Part shown: one piece after another, positions 23,901 to 36,300 of the stretch
Layout of the letters: each line of letters starts with the position of its first letter
How positions within the stretch are numbered: position 1 is the first letter of the stretch
NCBI RefSeq assembly: GCF_004010195.1
Contig: NC_057718.1
Span: 71,085,790-71,149,789 of the forward strand
DNA length: 64,000 nt
Reading direction: 5' to 3'
From: Chiloscyllium plagiosum
Taxonomy: Eukaryota
The notes under the pieces: generated by a model
Told to the model about the DNA's origin: nothing
Databases searched by the model: none
Seen by the model: only the letters and a program-made list of their open reading frames with translations
Position numbers and translations under genes: made by a program

Positions 23901-26900
23901 GAGGGGCGGGCGTGCGACGAAGAGGAGGGGCGGGCGTGCGACGAAGAGGAGGGGCGGGCGTGCGACGAAGAGGAGGGGCGGGCGTGCGACGAAGAGGAGG
24001 GGCGGGCGTGCGACGAAGAGGAGGGGCGGGCGTGCGACGAAGAGGAGGGGCGGGCGTGCGACGAAGAGGAGGGGCGGGCGTGCGACGAAGAGGAGGGGCG
24101 GGCGTGCGACGAAGAGGAGGGGCGGGCGTGCGACGAAGAGGAGGGGCGGGCGTGCGACGAAGAGGAGGGGCGGGCGTGCGACGAAGAGGAGGGGCGGGCG
24201 TGCGACGAAGAGGAGGGGCGGGCGTGCGACGAAGAGGAGGGGCGGGCGTGCGACGAAGAGGAGGGGCGGGCGTGCGACGAAGAGGAGGGGCGGGCGTGCG
24301 ACGAAGAGGAGGGGCGGGCGTGCGACGAAGAGGAGGGGCGGGCGTGCGACGAAGAGGAGGGGCGGGCGTGCGACGAAGAGGAGGGGCGGGCGTGCGACGA
24401 AGAGGAGGGGCGGGCGTGCGACGAAGAGGAGGGGCGGGCGTGCGACGAAGAGGAGGGGCGGGCGTGCGACGAAGAGGAGGGGCGGGCGTGCGACGAAGAG
24501 GAGGGGCGGGCGTGCGACGAAGAGGAGGGGCGGGCGTGCGACGAAGAGGAGGGGCGGGCGTGCGACGAAGAGGAGGGGCGGGCGTGCGACGAAGAGGAGG
24601 GGCGGGCGTGCGACGAAGAGGAGGGGCGGGCGTGCGACGAAGAGGAGGGGCGGGCGTGCGACGAAGAGGAGGGGCGGGCGTGCGACGAAGAGGAGGGGCG
24701 GGCGTGCGACGAAGAGGAGGGGCGGGCGTGCGACGAAGAGGAGGGGCGGGCGTGCGACGAAGAGGAGGGGCGGGCGTGCGACGAAGAGGAGGGGCGGGCG
24801 TGCGACGAAGAGGAGGGGCGGGCGTGCGACGAAGAGGAGGGGCGGGCGTGCGACGAAGAGGAGGGGCGGGCGTGCGACGAAGAGGAGGGGCGGGCGTGCG
24901 ACGAAGAGGAGGGGCGGGCGTGCGACGAAGAGGAGGGGCGGGCGTGCGACGAAGAGGAGGGGCGGGCGTGCGACGAAGAGGAGGGGCGGGCGTGCGACGA
25001 AGAGGAGGGGCGGGCGTGCGACGAAGAGGAGGGGCGGGCGTGCGACGAAGAGGAGGGGCGGGCGTGCGACGAAGAGGAGGGGCGGGCGTGCGACGAAGAG
25101 GAGGGGCGGGCGTGCGACGAAGAGGAGGGGCGGGCGTGCGACGAAGAGGAGGGGCGGGCGTGCGACGAAGAGGAGGGGCGGGCGTGCGACGAAGAGGAGG
25201 GGCGGGCGTGCGACGAAGAGGAGGGGCGGGCGTGCGACGAAGAGGAGGGGCGGGCGTGCGACGAAGAGGAGGGGCGGGCGTGCGACGAAGAGGAGGGGCG
25301 GGCGTGCGACGAAGAGGAGGGGCGGGCGTGCGACGAAGAGGAGGGGCGGGCGTGCGACGAAGAGGAGGGGCGGGCGTGCGACGAAGAGGAGGGGCGGGCG
25401 TGCGACGAAGAGGAGGGGCGGGCGTGCGACGAAGAGGAGGGGCGGGCGTGCGACGAAGAGGAGGGGCGGGCGTGCGACGAAGAGGAGGGGCGGGCGTGCG
25501 ACGAAGAGGAGGGGCGGGCGTGCGACGAAGAGGAGGGGCGGGCGTGCGACGAAGAGGAGGGGCGGGCGTGCGACGAAGAGGAGGGGCGGGCGTGCGACGA
25601 AGAGGAGGGGCGGGCGTGCGACGAAGAGGAGGGGCGGGCGTGCGACGAAGAGGAGGGGCGGGCGTGCGACGAAGAGGAGGGGCGGGCGTGCGACGAAGAG
25701 GAGGGGCGGGCGTGCGACGAAGAGGAGGGGCGGGCGTGCGACGAAGAGGAGGGGCGGGCGTGCGACGAAGAGGAGGGGCGGGCGTGCGACGAAGAGGAGG
25801 GGCGGGCGTGCGACGAAGAGGAGGGGCGGGCGTGCGACGAAGAGGAGGGGCGGGCGTGCGACGAAGAGGAGGGGCGGGCGTGCGACGAAGAGGAGGGGCG
25901 GGCGTGCGACGAAGAGGAGGGGCGGGCGTGCGACGAAGAGGAGGGGCGGGCGTGCGACGAAGAGGAGGGGCGGGCGTGCGACGAAGAGGAGGGGCGGGCG
26001 TGCGACGAAGAGGAGGGGCGGGCGTGCGACGAAGAGGAGGGGCGGGCGTGCGACGAAGAGGAGGGGCGGGCGTGCGACGAAGAGGAGGGGCGGGCGTGCG
26101 ACGAAGAGGAGGGGCGGGCGTGCGACGAAGAGGAGGGGCGGGCGTGCGACGAAGAGGAGGGGCGGGCGTGCGACGAAGAGGAGGGGCGGGCGTGCGACGA
26201 AGAGGAGGGGCGGGCGTGCGACGAAGAGGAGGGGCGGGCGTGCGACGAAGAGGAGGGGCGGGCGTGCGACGAAGAGGAGGGGCGGGCGTGCGACGAAGAG
26301 GAGGGGCGGGCGTGCGACGAAGAGGAGGGGCGGGCGTGCGACGAAGAGGAGGGGCGGGCGTGCGACGAAGAGGAGGGGCGGGCGTGCGACGAAGAGGAGG
26401 GGCGGGCGTGCGACGAAGAGGAGGGGCGGGCGTGCGACGAAGAGGAGGGGCGGGCGTGCGACGAAGAGGAGGGGCGGGCGTGCGACGAAGAGGAGGGGCG
26501 GGCGTGCGACGAAGAGGAGGGGCGGGCGTGCGACGAAGAGGAGGGGCGGGCGTGCGACGAAGAGGAGGGGCGGGCGTGCGACGAAGAGGAGGGGCGGGCG
26601 TGCGACGAAGAGGAGGGGCGGGCGTGCGACGAAGAGGAGGGGCGGGCGTGCGACGAAGAGGAGGGGCGGGCGTGCGACGAAGAGGAGGGGCGGGCGTGCG
26701 ACGAAGAGGAGGGGCGGGCGTGCGACGAAGAGGAGGGGCGGGCGTGCGACGAAGAGGAGGGGCGGGCGTGCGACGAAGAGGAGGGGCGGGCGTGCGACGA
26801 AGAGGAGGGGCGGGCGTGCGACGAAGAGGAGGGGCGGGCGTGCGACGAAGAGGAGGGGCGGGCGTGCGACGAAGAGGAGGGGCGGGCGTGCGACGAAGAG

Positions 26901-27319
26901 GAGGGGCGGGCGTGCGACGAAGAGGAGGGGCGGGCGTGCGACGAAGAGGAGGGGCGGGCGTGCGACGAAGAGGAGGGGCGGGCGTGCGACGAAGAGGAGG
27001 GGCGGGCGTGCGACGAAGAGGAGGGGCGGGCGTGCGACGAAGAGGAGGGGCGGGCGTGCGACGAAGAGGAGGGGCGGGCGTGCGACGAAGAGGAGGGGCG
27101 GGCGTGCGACGAAGAGGAGGGGCGGGCGTGCGACGAAGAGGAGGGGCGGGCGTGCGACGAAGAGGAGGGGCGGGCGTGCGACGAAGAGGAGGGGCGGGCG
27201 TGCGACGAAGAGGAGGGGCGGGCGTGCGACGAAGAGGAGGGGCGGGCGTGCGACGAAGAGGAGGGGCGGGCGTGCGACGAAGAGGAGGGGCGGGCGTGCG
27301 ACGAAGAGGAGGGGCGGGC
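20903..27319 (+). repeat. 24-bp tandem array (GGGGCGGGCGTGCGACGAAGAGGA) x267 + 9 bp
   Basis: Full units span 20903-27310 (6408 bp = 267 x 24) with no variant unit seen. Preceded by a 20-bp doublet cggggaggaggacggagagg (20861-20900). Confidence 0.99.
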
Positions 27320-27346
27320 CGTGTCACAAATTTGCGGTGTCACAAA

Positions 27347-28507
27347 ACTGTGAGGTGTTGCATTTTGGAAAAGCAAATCAGAGCAGGACTTATACACTTA
27401 TTGAGTGAGGTCCTGGGGAGATTTGCTGAACAGATTGCAGGTTCATCGTTCCTTCAAAGTAGAGTTGCAGGATGTGAACATAGAAGGTATAGTGAGTAAG
27501 TTTGCAGATGACACTAAAATTGGAGGTGTACTGGACAGCAAAGGTTACCTCAGATTATAATGGGATCTTGTACAGATGGGCCAATGGGCTGAGGAATGGC
27601 AGATGGAGTTTAATTTGGATGACTGTGAGGTGTTGCATTTTGGAAAAGCAAATCAGAGCAGGACTTATACACTTAATGGGTGAGATCCTGGGGAGATTTG
27701 CTGAACAAAGAGACCTTGGATTGCAGGTTCATCTTTCCTTGAAAGTAGAGTCGCAGTATAGTGAAGACGGCATTTTGTATGCTTTCCTTTACTGGTCAGA
27801 GCATTGAGTATCGGAGTTGGGAGGTCATGTTGTGGCTTGCAGGTTATTGGTTAGGCCACTGTTGGAATATTGTATGCAATTAGTGAAGACGGCATTTTGT
27901 ATGCTTTCCTTTACTGGTCAGAGCATTGAGTATCGGAGTTGGGAGATCATGTTGTGGCTGTGCAGGTTATTAGTTAGGCCACTGTTGGAATATTGTATGC
28001 AATTTTGGTCTCCTTCCTATCATACTGATGTTGTGAAACTTGAAAGGGTTCAGAAAAGATTTACAAGGATGTTGCCAGGGTTGGAGGATTTGAGCTGTAA
28101 GGGAGAGGTTGAATAGGCTGGGGCTATGTTCCCTGGAGCATCAGAGGCTGAGCGGTGACTTTGGAGAGGTATGTAAAATCATATGGGGCACAGATACGAT
28201 AAACAGACAAGGTCTTTTCCCTGGAGTGGGGGAGTCCAGTACTAGAGGGCATAGGTTCATGAAGAGAGGGAAAAGATATAAAAGGGAACTAAGGGGCAAC
28301 GTTTTCATGCAGAGGGTGGTGCATGTATGGAATACGCTGCCACAGGAAGTGGTGGAGGCTGGTACCATTGAAAGGCATCTGGATGAGTATCCGAATAGAA
28401 AAGGTGTCGAGGGATATGTGCCAACTAGATCAGGTTAGGATATCTGGTCGGCATGGACGATTTGGACCAAATGGTCTGTTTCCGTGTTGTACATCTCTGA
28501 CTCTATG
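27347..28507 (+). mobile_element. CR1 LINE 3' fragment with internal duplications
   Basis: KFADDTK, LEYCMQFWSP and a ctctgactctatga tail. 27347-27470 repeats at 27622-27756, and 27759-27880 repeats at 27881-28003. Confidence 0.9.
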
Positions 28508-28509
28508 AA

Positions 28510-29078
28510 CTCATCTACTATGTCTATTGCTCTTGATGTGGTCTTCTCTACATTGGGGAGACAGGATGCCAACTCGTGGAATGTTTCAAAGAACATCTCT
28601 GAGACACAAGCACCAAACAACCCCACTGCTCTGTGGCCAACAACTCTCCCTCCCAGTACCTGCCTGTCAAGGATATGCAAGTCTTGGCCTCCTCCACCGC
28701 CAAATTGTAGTCACCTGATACCTGGAGAAGAACCCCTCATCTTCTGCCTTGGGACCCTCCAACCACACAGCATCAATGTCAATTTCACCAGTTTCCTCAT
28801 CTCCCCGCCACCCACCTCATCACAGATCTAATCCTCCAACTTTGCACCACCATCTTGAACTGCCCATCTGTCCATCTTCTTTCCTACCTATCCACTCCAC
28901 CTTCCACTCTGACATATCACCATCACCTCCCATCTGCANNNNNNNNNNNNNNNNNNNNNNNNNNNAGCCCCCTGCCCCCAACCCCACATTTCTGACGAAG
29001 GGCTTATGCCTGAAACATCCATTCTCCTGCGCCTCGGATGCTGCCTGTCCTGCTGTGCTTTTCCAGCACCACACTTTT
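28510..29078 (+). mobile_element. Penelope-like element 3' fragment (GIY-YIG plus hammerhead-like motif 28992-29019)
   Basis: CGLLYIGETG remnant, LIFCLGTLQPHSINVNF, and ctgacgaagggcttatgcctgaaacatc. Confidence 0.85.
28939..28965. other. Assembly gap (27 N)
   Basis: Run of n characters. Confidence 1.
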
Positions 29079-29315
29079 TGACATATGGTATAGGGGCCAA
29101 CATTTTACTATTGGTAAAGGATTGGTTCGTTGATGGGAAACAGAGTTGACATTAAAGGATATCTTTCCTCGTTGGCAATTTGTAACTAGTGGAATGCCAC
29201 AGGGGTCAGTGCTGGGACCTCAACTATTTTCTATCCATTCTTCCACCACATTGGATGAACAGAACTGAAGAAGGATATTGGATCTGAAATGTTAACTCTG
29301 CTTTCTTTCCACAGA

Positions 29316-29615
29316 ATGATTGGAAACAGGCCATTTTGGGCCAACAAAACTACATCAACCCTCCGAAGAGCATCCCACCCAGACCCATTCCCCTACCGTT
29401 TCCTTGTAACCTTACCTCTCCCATGGTTAACACACCTAACATACACATCCCTGAATAGTATGGACAACTTAGCATGGCCAATCCACCAAACCTGTACATC
29501 TTTGGACTGTGGGAGGAAACCAGAATACCCAGCGGAAATCCACAGAGACAGTTGCCCCAGGATGGAATTGAAACCAGGTCCTTAGTGCTGCAAGGCAACA
29601 GTACTAATGACTAAG
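29316..29615 (-). mobile_element. HE1-type SINE inserted in a PLE 3'-end fragment (~29261-29680)
   Basis: SINE core and tRNA-like head. The flanks carry ctgaagaagg..ctgaaatgtt and ttccagcatctgcgg. Confidence 0.8.
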
Positions 29616-29821
29616 CTGTTTTTCCATCAATTTCTGTTTTTGTTCCAGATTTCCAGCATCTGCGGTTCTTTGTTTTACTTTAGGTTAAAAAGTAAGTTGT
29701 CAAGAGGAGCTGGAGATCCTGTCTTCCTTTTACAACTAACTGAATGGGCTGAAATTTGACAATTAGAAATATGGAAATATTGATTTGTCCATTTTGGAAT
29801 GAAGAATCAAAAAACAATACA

Positions 29822-30163
29822 CAGCAAACTTTGTTTTAATCAGCACTCTTGATAAACTGGCAAAAACTATATACTGCAAATTCCAGAAGTTTACTGTATT
29901 ATTGCCATCTCCACGACGTCTGAGTAGTCAGTTGAAGGTGAGGCTGAGAAGGCTCTCTGCCAGTAAGTTTTATTTAAGGCAAAGTTGCATTATTATTTAA
30001 GTGATTTATGCTTTAAATCAAGTGTAACAGTGATGCGTATGCCTCCTGCATTATGCTTTATTACGTAGTGTGTTTTTATATATTGATTATGTGGACATCT
30101 TGATCAACTGGAATCTTTGATCAATCGATACACGCCTGGTGCCAGTTAACAAAAGGTTTGCTG
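29822..30163. mobile_element. Non-autonomous Tc1/mariner-pogo (Tigger-like) DNA transposon
   Basis: Imperfect TIRs cagcaaactttgttttaatcagcac / gtgccagttaacaaaaggtttgctg, followed by TA. Confidence 0.6.
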
Positions 30164-30941
30164 TACTACATAAATTCATCACAAAGACCTGCACCTGCCT
30201 CTACCATATTCCTAGTTTCTATTACATACCTGCACTTTGCAGGAAAAAAATGTGTAAATTAAGACTCTACTAGTATCACTCTAGCCATGTCACACTAGTA
30301 GGCTAAACCTCTCAGAACATCATTGCATGTTACCCAGTTTCATGAACGCCGCAGTTCCCTCCTACCTCAATAAACTTTAGAACATAAAGTGGGACTTACT
30401 AACATGAAATGGCAGCATGTTTTATGAATGACCATTCATACTATTAGCTATTTGAAAATCTCTTCTAAAGATAATTCTAAATATTATGTATCCTGTCAGA
30501 TTCAGGGGTAAAGAAATCTCAGAATAGCTGCCACCACTCTCAATTCCATCAGTACCGTTCACACCAGCAAATTATTTCTCTCAAGCTCAAAACCATCACA
30601 GAATTGTAGAGTGGTTACAGCACTTAAGGAGGCCATTTGACCTATCAAATGTATACTGGTCATCTGAAGAGACAATTCACACCTCTGTTTTTTCCCCCAT
30701 ATTCATGCAAATGTCTTCTTTTGCCATAATTATTTCATTCCATTTTGAAACCCTCAGTTGGTCCTTTATCAACCATACTATCCAGAACTATATTCCAGAT
30801 CCTAACAACTTGCTCTGAGAGTACGTTTTTCATGATATCATCTTTTTTTTTTATTTATTGCATTCCCCTTGCATTTAATGAAAACATTCCATTTGTCTTC
30901 TTAATCACTTGTATACTAATTCAATATAATGCATACAAATG

Positions 30942-31290
30942 GCAGGAGGCAGTTGTGTAGTGACAATATCACTGAACTAGTAATCCAGGACCCCAGGTGA
31001 TCTATGATGAGCTCAAATCCCATCATGGCAGATGGTGAAATTTGAATTCAACAAAAACCTGGAACAAAAAAACTAGCCAGTGGCAACTGCGTGATCATGT
31101 TGGTTGTCATCAAAAAAATGTTTCACTGAAGTCCATTAAGGAAAGAAATTTGCCATCCTTACCTGGTCTGGCTGACATGTGACTCCAGCAATATGGTTGA
31201 CTGTTACTGCCCTCTGGACAATTATGGATGGGTATTTAATGCTGGCCTAACCAGTCATGCCCATATTCAGTGAACAAATTTTTAAAAAAA
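30942..31290 (+). mobile_element. Second, older tRNA-derived SINE family
   Basis: A/B-box-like head, ccttacctggtctggc..catgtgactccag core (reverse fragment also at ~37700-37760), and a taatgctggcct..gccca tail. Confidence 0.6.
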
Positions 31291-31299
31291 TTAAAATGT

Positions 31300-32600
31300 G
31301 CCTGGAGATCTGGATGCTGTTATATCACAGACTTCTGCAATCTCTCTTTAAATAGTGCTCTACTTCTCCTGTCTTCCTGCTGAAGTGAACAATTTAACAT
31401 TTATGTCAAATTTTAGCCTATGCTCTTAAGTCATCTATATTCCTTTGCAGACACTTTGCAACCTCTTGACAACATATTTTCTGACCTACCTTGGTGTCAG
31501 ATTTAGCTACCATTCATTTGGCACCCCTCATCTAAATAATTGAGATAAATTATAAATAGTTGAAAATCTAATACCGAAACCCTCCACATTAGAAAAAGTT
31601 TGCCAGCCCGAAAAAAAATCCATTTATCCTGAATCTGTTTCTTGTCAGCTAACAAATCCTTTCTTCAAGCTAATATATTATCCCTTACACCATGTGCTTG
31701 TTGTGTGCAGTAACCTTTGATGTGGATTCTTAGCAAATGCCATTCTAAAAATCAAGTACATCATATTTATTGGTCCCTGTCAATAACCGTAGATGTCAGC
31801 TTGTTAAAAAACACAAAGGATAGTTAAACACAATTTCCCCTTCATAAATCCATGATGGCCCTGCCTGATTAAATCATAATTTTCCAAGTGTCCAGCTAAA
31901 ACCTTAATAATGGATTTGAACATCCTCCATATGATAGATATTAGGCTAATAGACCTGTGGTTTTCTACATTCTGCCTCCTCCTCTTTTTTTGGATTAGTA
32001 CTGGTCCCAGAGCCCAGACAAGACCTATTTGTCTCTCATCAATGTCTGAGCCATACATTCATAATCTCTAATTTTATTTACCCTATTCAAAGTTGGTCAT
32101 GGTTCAGGTAATAATGTAGAGATTGATTTCTACTTTTTAGTTTAGCCCCTAGCTGCTTATAATCTCGAGTCAGAAGTTCGGCCTGAGTCCTATCAATGTC
32201 ACTGGTGCAAACGTGGACCACAGAAATTGATATGGCTCCATAGCGTCCTCCCCAGTTCAGAGAAGATGTCCCAAACTCTGGCACTGGAAAGACGACACAG
32301 TTTTCTGAACTCATGATCTCAGCTGCAAAGAACTGTGTCTATTCCAATGACAATACTATCCCTTACAATTATGACACTCCTATTTATTCCCCCAACTTAA
32401 ATGGCTTCCTGTACCAAGATGCAATGGTAGCTTGCTCATCCACCTTCCAGTTCCTGCTCTCAACCATGCAACTTGGCATTATGAACCTCAAACCTGTTGG
32501 ACAATTGCAAAGGCTGAGGATGCTCCAACAGACCTTCTTGGTCAGTTTATCTGTCTCCCTGGCCTTGAATAAAAATTGGAAAAGAAATGCAGAACGACCC
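31300..32600 (-). mobile_element. Highly decayed CR1 remnants (RT and ORF1 pieces)
   Basis: NHRSISLISI..HHGFMKGKLCLT and VVHVCTSDID..LGAKLKSR. Confidence 0.65.
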
Positions 32601-32805
32601 AAAACTGCCGTTATTACACATCAAACTGTCAATTAGTCCTATAATTAATAATACATCCAATATTCATTAATTAAGCTAATGCCATCAAAAAGTGGAACAT
32701 ACAATTTAAACAGTCTGTACTTCAAAATAAAAGACTCTGAGTATCATCAATCCCACCATCACGATAGAATGTGTCAGCACACTAACTACTTATCATCTTA
32801 CTTAC

Positions 32806-32886
32806 TGTGACCATGAAGGTGAAAACAACAAAGATAAATCGGAACCAGATTTCCACTTGGGAAAATAAGGCATCATACATCTTCAA
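32806..32886 (-). CDS. TMEM181: TMEM181 internal coding exon (81 bp)
   Basis: Acceptor tttctgtccaacag, donor gtaagt. Encodes LKMYDALFSQVEIWFRFIFVVFTFMVT (human WKTYNPAFSRLEIWFRFFFVVLTFIVT). Confidence 0.95.
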
Positions 32887-33359
32887 CTGTTGGACAGAAA
32901 TTTAACATTGGCATTAGTACAAAAAGACAGCACCAACACAGATTTTAAACCTGAATTGCTTTAAGTGCTTCAGCTAAACATCAGGTACATTTAGTTGGAT
33001 AAATAAAAAAGTTGATTTTTAATACCTTAAACATACTGAATATTTAATACAAGCACAAAACTAAAATCCAATGCAAATGTTAATATTGATGCATCGAATC
33101 ACAGAATCCCCACAGTGTGGAAACAGGCCATTCAGCCCAACAAGTCCACACCAACCGTCTGAAAACATCCCATCCAGACCCACCCCCTTATCCTATACCT
33201 ATGCATTTTCCGTTTCTAATGCACCTAACCTACACAATTCTGAACACTGTGGGGAATTTAGCATGGCCAATCCACCTAATGTGCACATCTTTGGACAGTG
33301 GGAGGAAACCAGAGCATCCAGCGGAGACCCATGCAGACACAGGGAAAACATGCAAACTT

Positions 33360-36300
33360 AATATCTGGATTAATCCCGATGCCACAAGCTAGTGAGTGCA
33401 GGAATAGGAGGAGAGAGCAGATGAATGCATGGCCGAGGTGCTGATGTATGGGAGAAGGATTCACATTTTTGGATCATTGGAATTGCTTCTGGAATAGAAG
33501 TGATGCGTACAAGGAGGACAGATTGCACCTAAGTTGGAAGGGGACTAATATACTGACAGGGAGATTTACTACAACTGCTTAGGAGGATTTAAACTAGTAA
33601 GGTAGGAGGCTGGGGGTGGGACCCAGGGAGATAGCAATAATAGAGATCAATCTGAGACTGGTACAGTTGAGAAAAGAAGTGAGCCAAACAGTCAGGGCAG
33701 GCAAGGACAAAGCAGAGAACAAGGTAGAACTGATAAATTAAACTGCATCTATTTCAATGCAAGGGGCCTAAAAGAGAAGGCAGATGATAACGCAAATATC
33801 TCAGCAAGGGGCCCAGCAATCACTTCCCTAGCTTCCCACAGAGTTCTAGGGTACATCTGATCAGGTCCTGGGGATTTATCCCCAGAGTTAAGGAGAATCC
33901 AAAGGGATTTTACAAATACATTAAGGACGAGGGAGAGAATAGGAGATGGGAGAGATATTATACAAGTATTTTGCATCAGTATTTACTGTGGAAAAGGCCA
34001 AGGAACATGGGACTGGGATATCATAGCAATTACAGAAATGTGACTCCAAGATGGACAGGACTAGCAGCTTAATGTTCCAGGAAAGAAATGCTACAGGAAG
34101 GACAGGAAGGGAGGCAAGAGAGGAGGGGGAGTAGCATTTTGATAAGGGATTGCATTACAGCTGTACTGAGGGAGGATATTCCCAGAAATACATCCAGGGA
34201 AGTTATTGGGTGGAACTGAGAAATAAAAAAGGGATTGTATTATAGACCCCCTAACAGTCAGAGGGAAATTGAGAAACAAATTTGTAAGGAGATCTCAGTT
34301 ATCTGTAAGAATAAGAGGGTGGCTATGGTAGAGGATTTTAAATTTCCAAACATGGACTGGGACTGCCATACTGTTAAGGATTTAGATGGAGAGGAATTTG
34401 TTAAGTGCGTACAAGAAACTTTTCTGATTCAATATATGGGTGTACCTACTACAGAAGGTGAAAAACTTGACCTATTCTTGGGAAATAAGGCAGGGCAGGT
34501 GATTAAGGTGTCAGTGGGGGAGCACTTTGGGGCCAGTGACCATAATTCTATTAGTTTTAAAATAGTGACCGAAAAGGATAGACCAGATCTAAAAGCTGAT
34601 GTTCTAAATTGGAGAAAGGCCACTTTTGACAGTATTAGGCAAGAAATTTCAAAAGTTGATTGGGGCAGATGTTCGCAGGTAAAAGGACGGCTGGAAAATG
34701 GGAAGCCTTTAGAAATGAGATAACAAGAATCCAGAGAAAGTATATTCCTGTTAGGGTGAAAGGAAAGGCTGGTAGGTATAGGGAATGCAGGATGACTAAA
34801 GAAATTGAGGGCTTGGTTAAGAAAAAGAAGGAAGCATATGTCAGGTATAGACAGGATAGATCGAGTGAATCCTTAGAAGAGTATAAAGGCTGTAGATGTA
34901 TATTTCAGAGGGAAATCAGGAGGGCAAAAAGGGGACATGAGATAGCTTTGGCAAATAGGGTTAAGGAGAATCCAAAGGGGTTTTACAAATTAAGGACGAG
35001 GGAGAAAATAGGGCCCCTCAAAGATCAGCAAGGCAGCCTTTGGGTGGAGCTGCAGGAGATGGGAGAGATATTATACAAGTATTTTGCATTAGTATTTACT
35101 GAGGAAAGGCCATTGAAGGTATAGAATGTCGGCAAATAGAAGGTGACATCTTGAAAAATGTCCATATCACAGAGAAGGAAATGTTGGATGTCTTGAAATG
35201 CATAAAAGTTGATAAATCCCCAGGACCTGATCAGATGTACCCTGGAATTCTGTGGGAAGCTAGGGAAGTGATTGCTGGGCCCCTTGCTCAGTTGAGGTGC
35301 CAGAAGACTGAAGGTTGGTGAACGTAATGCCACTGTTTAAGAAAGGTGGTAAGGACAAGCCAGGGAACTATAGACCAGTGAGCCTGACCTCAGTGGTGAG
35401 CAAGTTGTTGGAGGGAATCCTGAGGAACAGGATGTACATGTATTTGGAAAGGCAAGGACTGATTAGGGATAGTCAACATGGTTTTGTGTGTGGGAAATCA
35501 TGTCTCACAAACGTAATTGAGTTGTTTGAAAAAGTAACAAAGAGGATTGATGAGGGCAGAGCGGTAGGCGTGATCTATATGGAATTCAGTAAGGCGTTCG
35601 ACAAGGTTCCCCATGGGAGACTGATTAGCAAGGTTACAGGGAGAACTAGCCATTTGGATACAGAACGGACACGAAGAGTCATAGAAGGTCAGCTGAAAGA
35701 ATAAAGTGGTGGTTACACCTTCTGCAATGGTAAATGTGAATAAGCCCAATTCTGTGGAGCTGGTTTCACCATTAAACATGAACTAGTTGACAGTCTCATT
35801 CCCCCCTTTTGGATAATTAAATGTCTTACGATCCTTTGGTTCATCTTAACCCGAAGACAGTACACTACAATCAACAATGCATATGCCCAAACCTCAAAAC
35901 AGTGGATGAGGTCAAAGAGAAATCCAATTCAGTCTTCATCAGCCATTGTATATCCTCCAAAGAAAGACAAGCTTATTTCTCTTGGAGCATATGATGCCAG
36001 GGTTGGGAGGAACACAAAGTTTTATAATTGGAAAGGAAGGCATTGGGAAGGTAAACACCAAATAAATCTTCCTCCTGATGAAATTAGGGATAATTTGCGC
36101 TGTGTGTGGGAAATCATGTCTCACTATCTTGATTGAGTTTTTTGAGGAAATAACAAAGAAGATTGATGAGGGCAGAACAGTAGATGTGATCTAAATGGAC
36201 TTCAGTAAGGCATTCGACAAGGTTCCCCATGGGAGACTGATTAGCAAGGTTAGAATTCACGGATTACAGGGAAAACTAGCCATTTGGATACAGAACTGGC

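Noticed and set aside
20903..27319. CRISPR-like array
   Set aside because: No spacers, eukaryotic context and no cas genes.
20785..27499. Three >2000-aa ORFs (GAGVRRRG, PAPPLRRT and HARPSSSS repeats)
   Set aside because: They follow automatically from a stop-free 24-bp unit. Starts and ends lie in CR1 debris, there is no synonymous variation, and the region is a TMEM181 intron.
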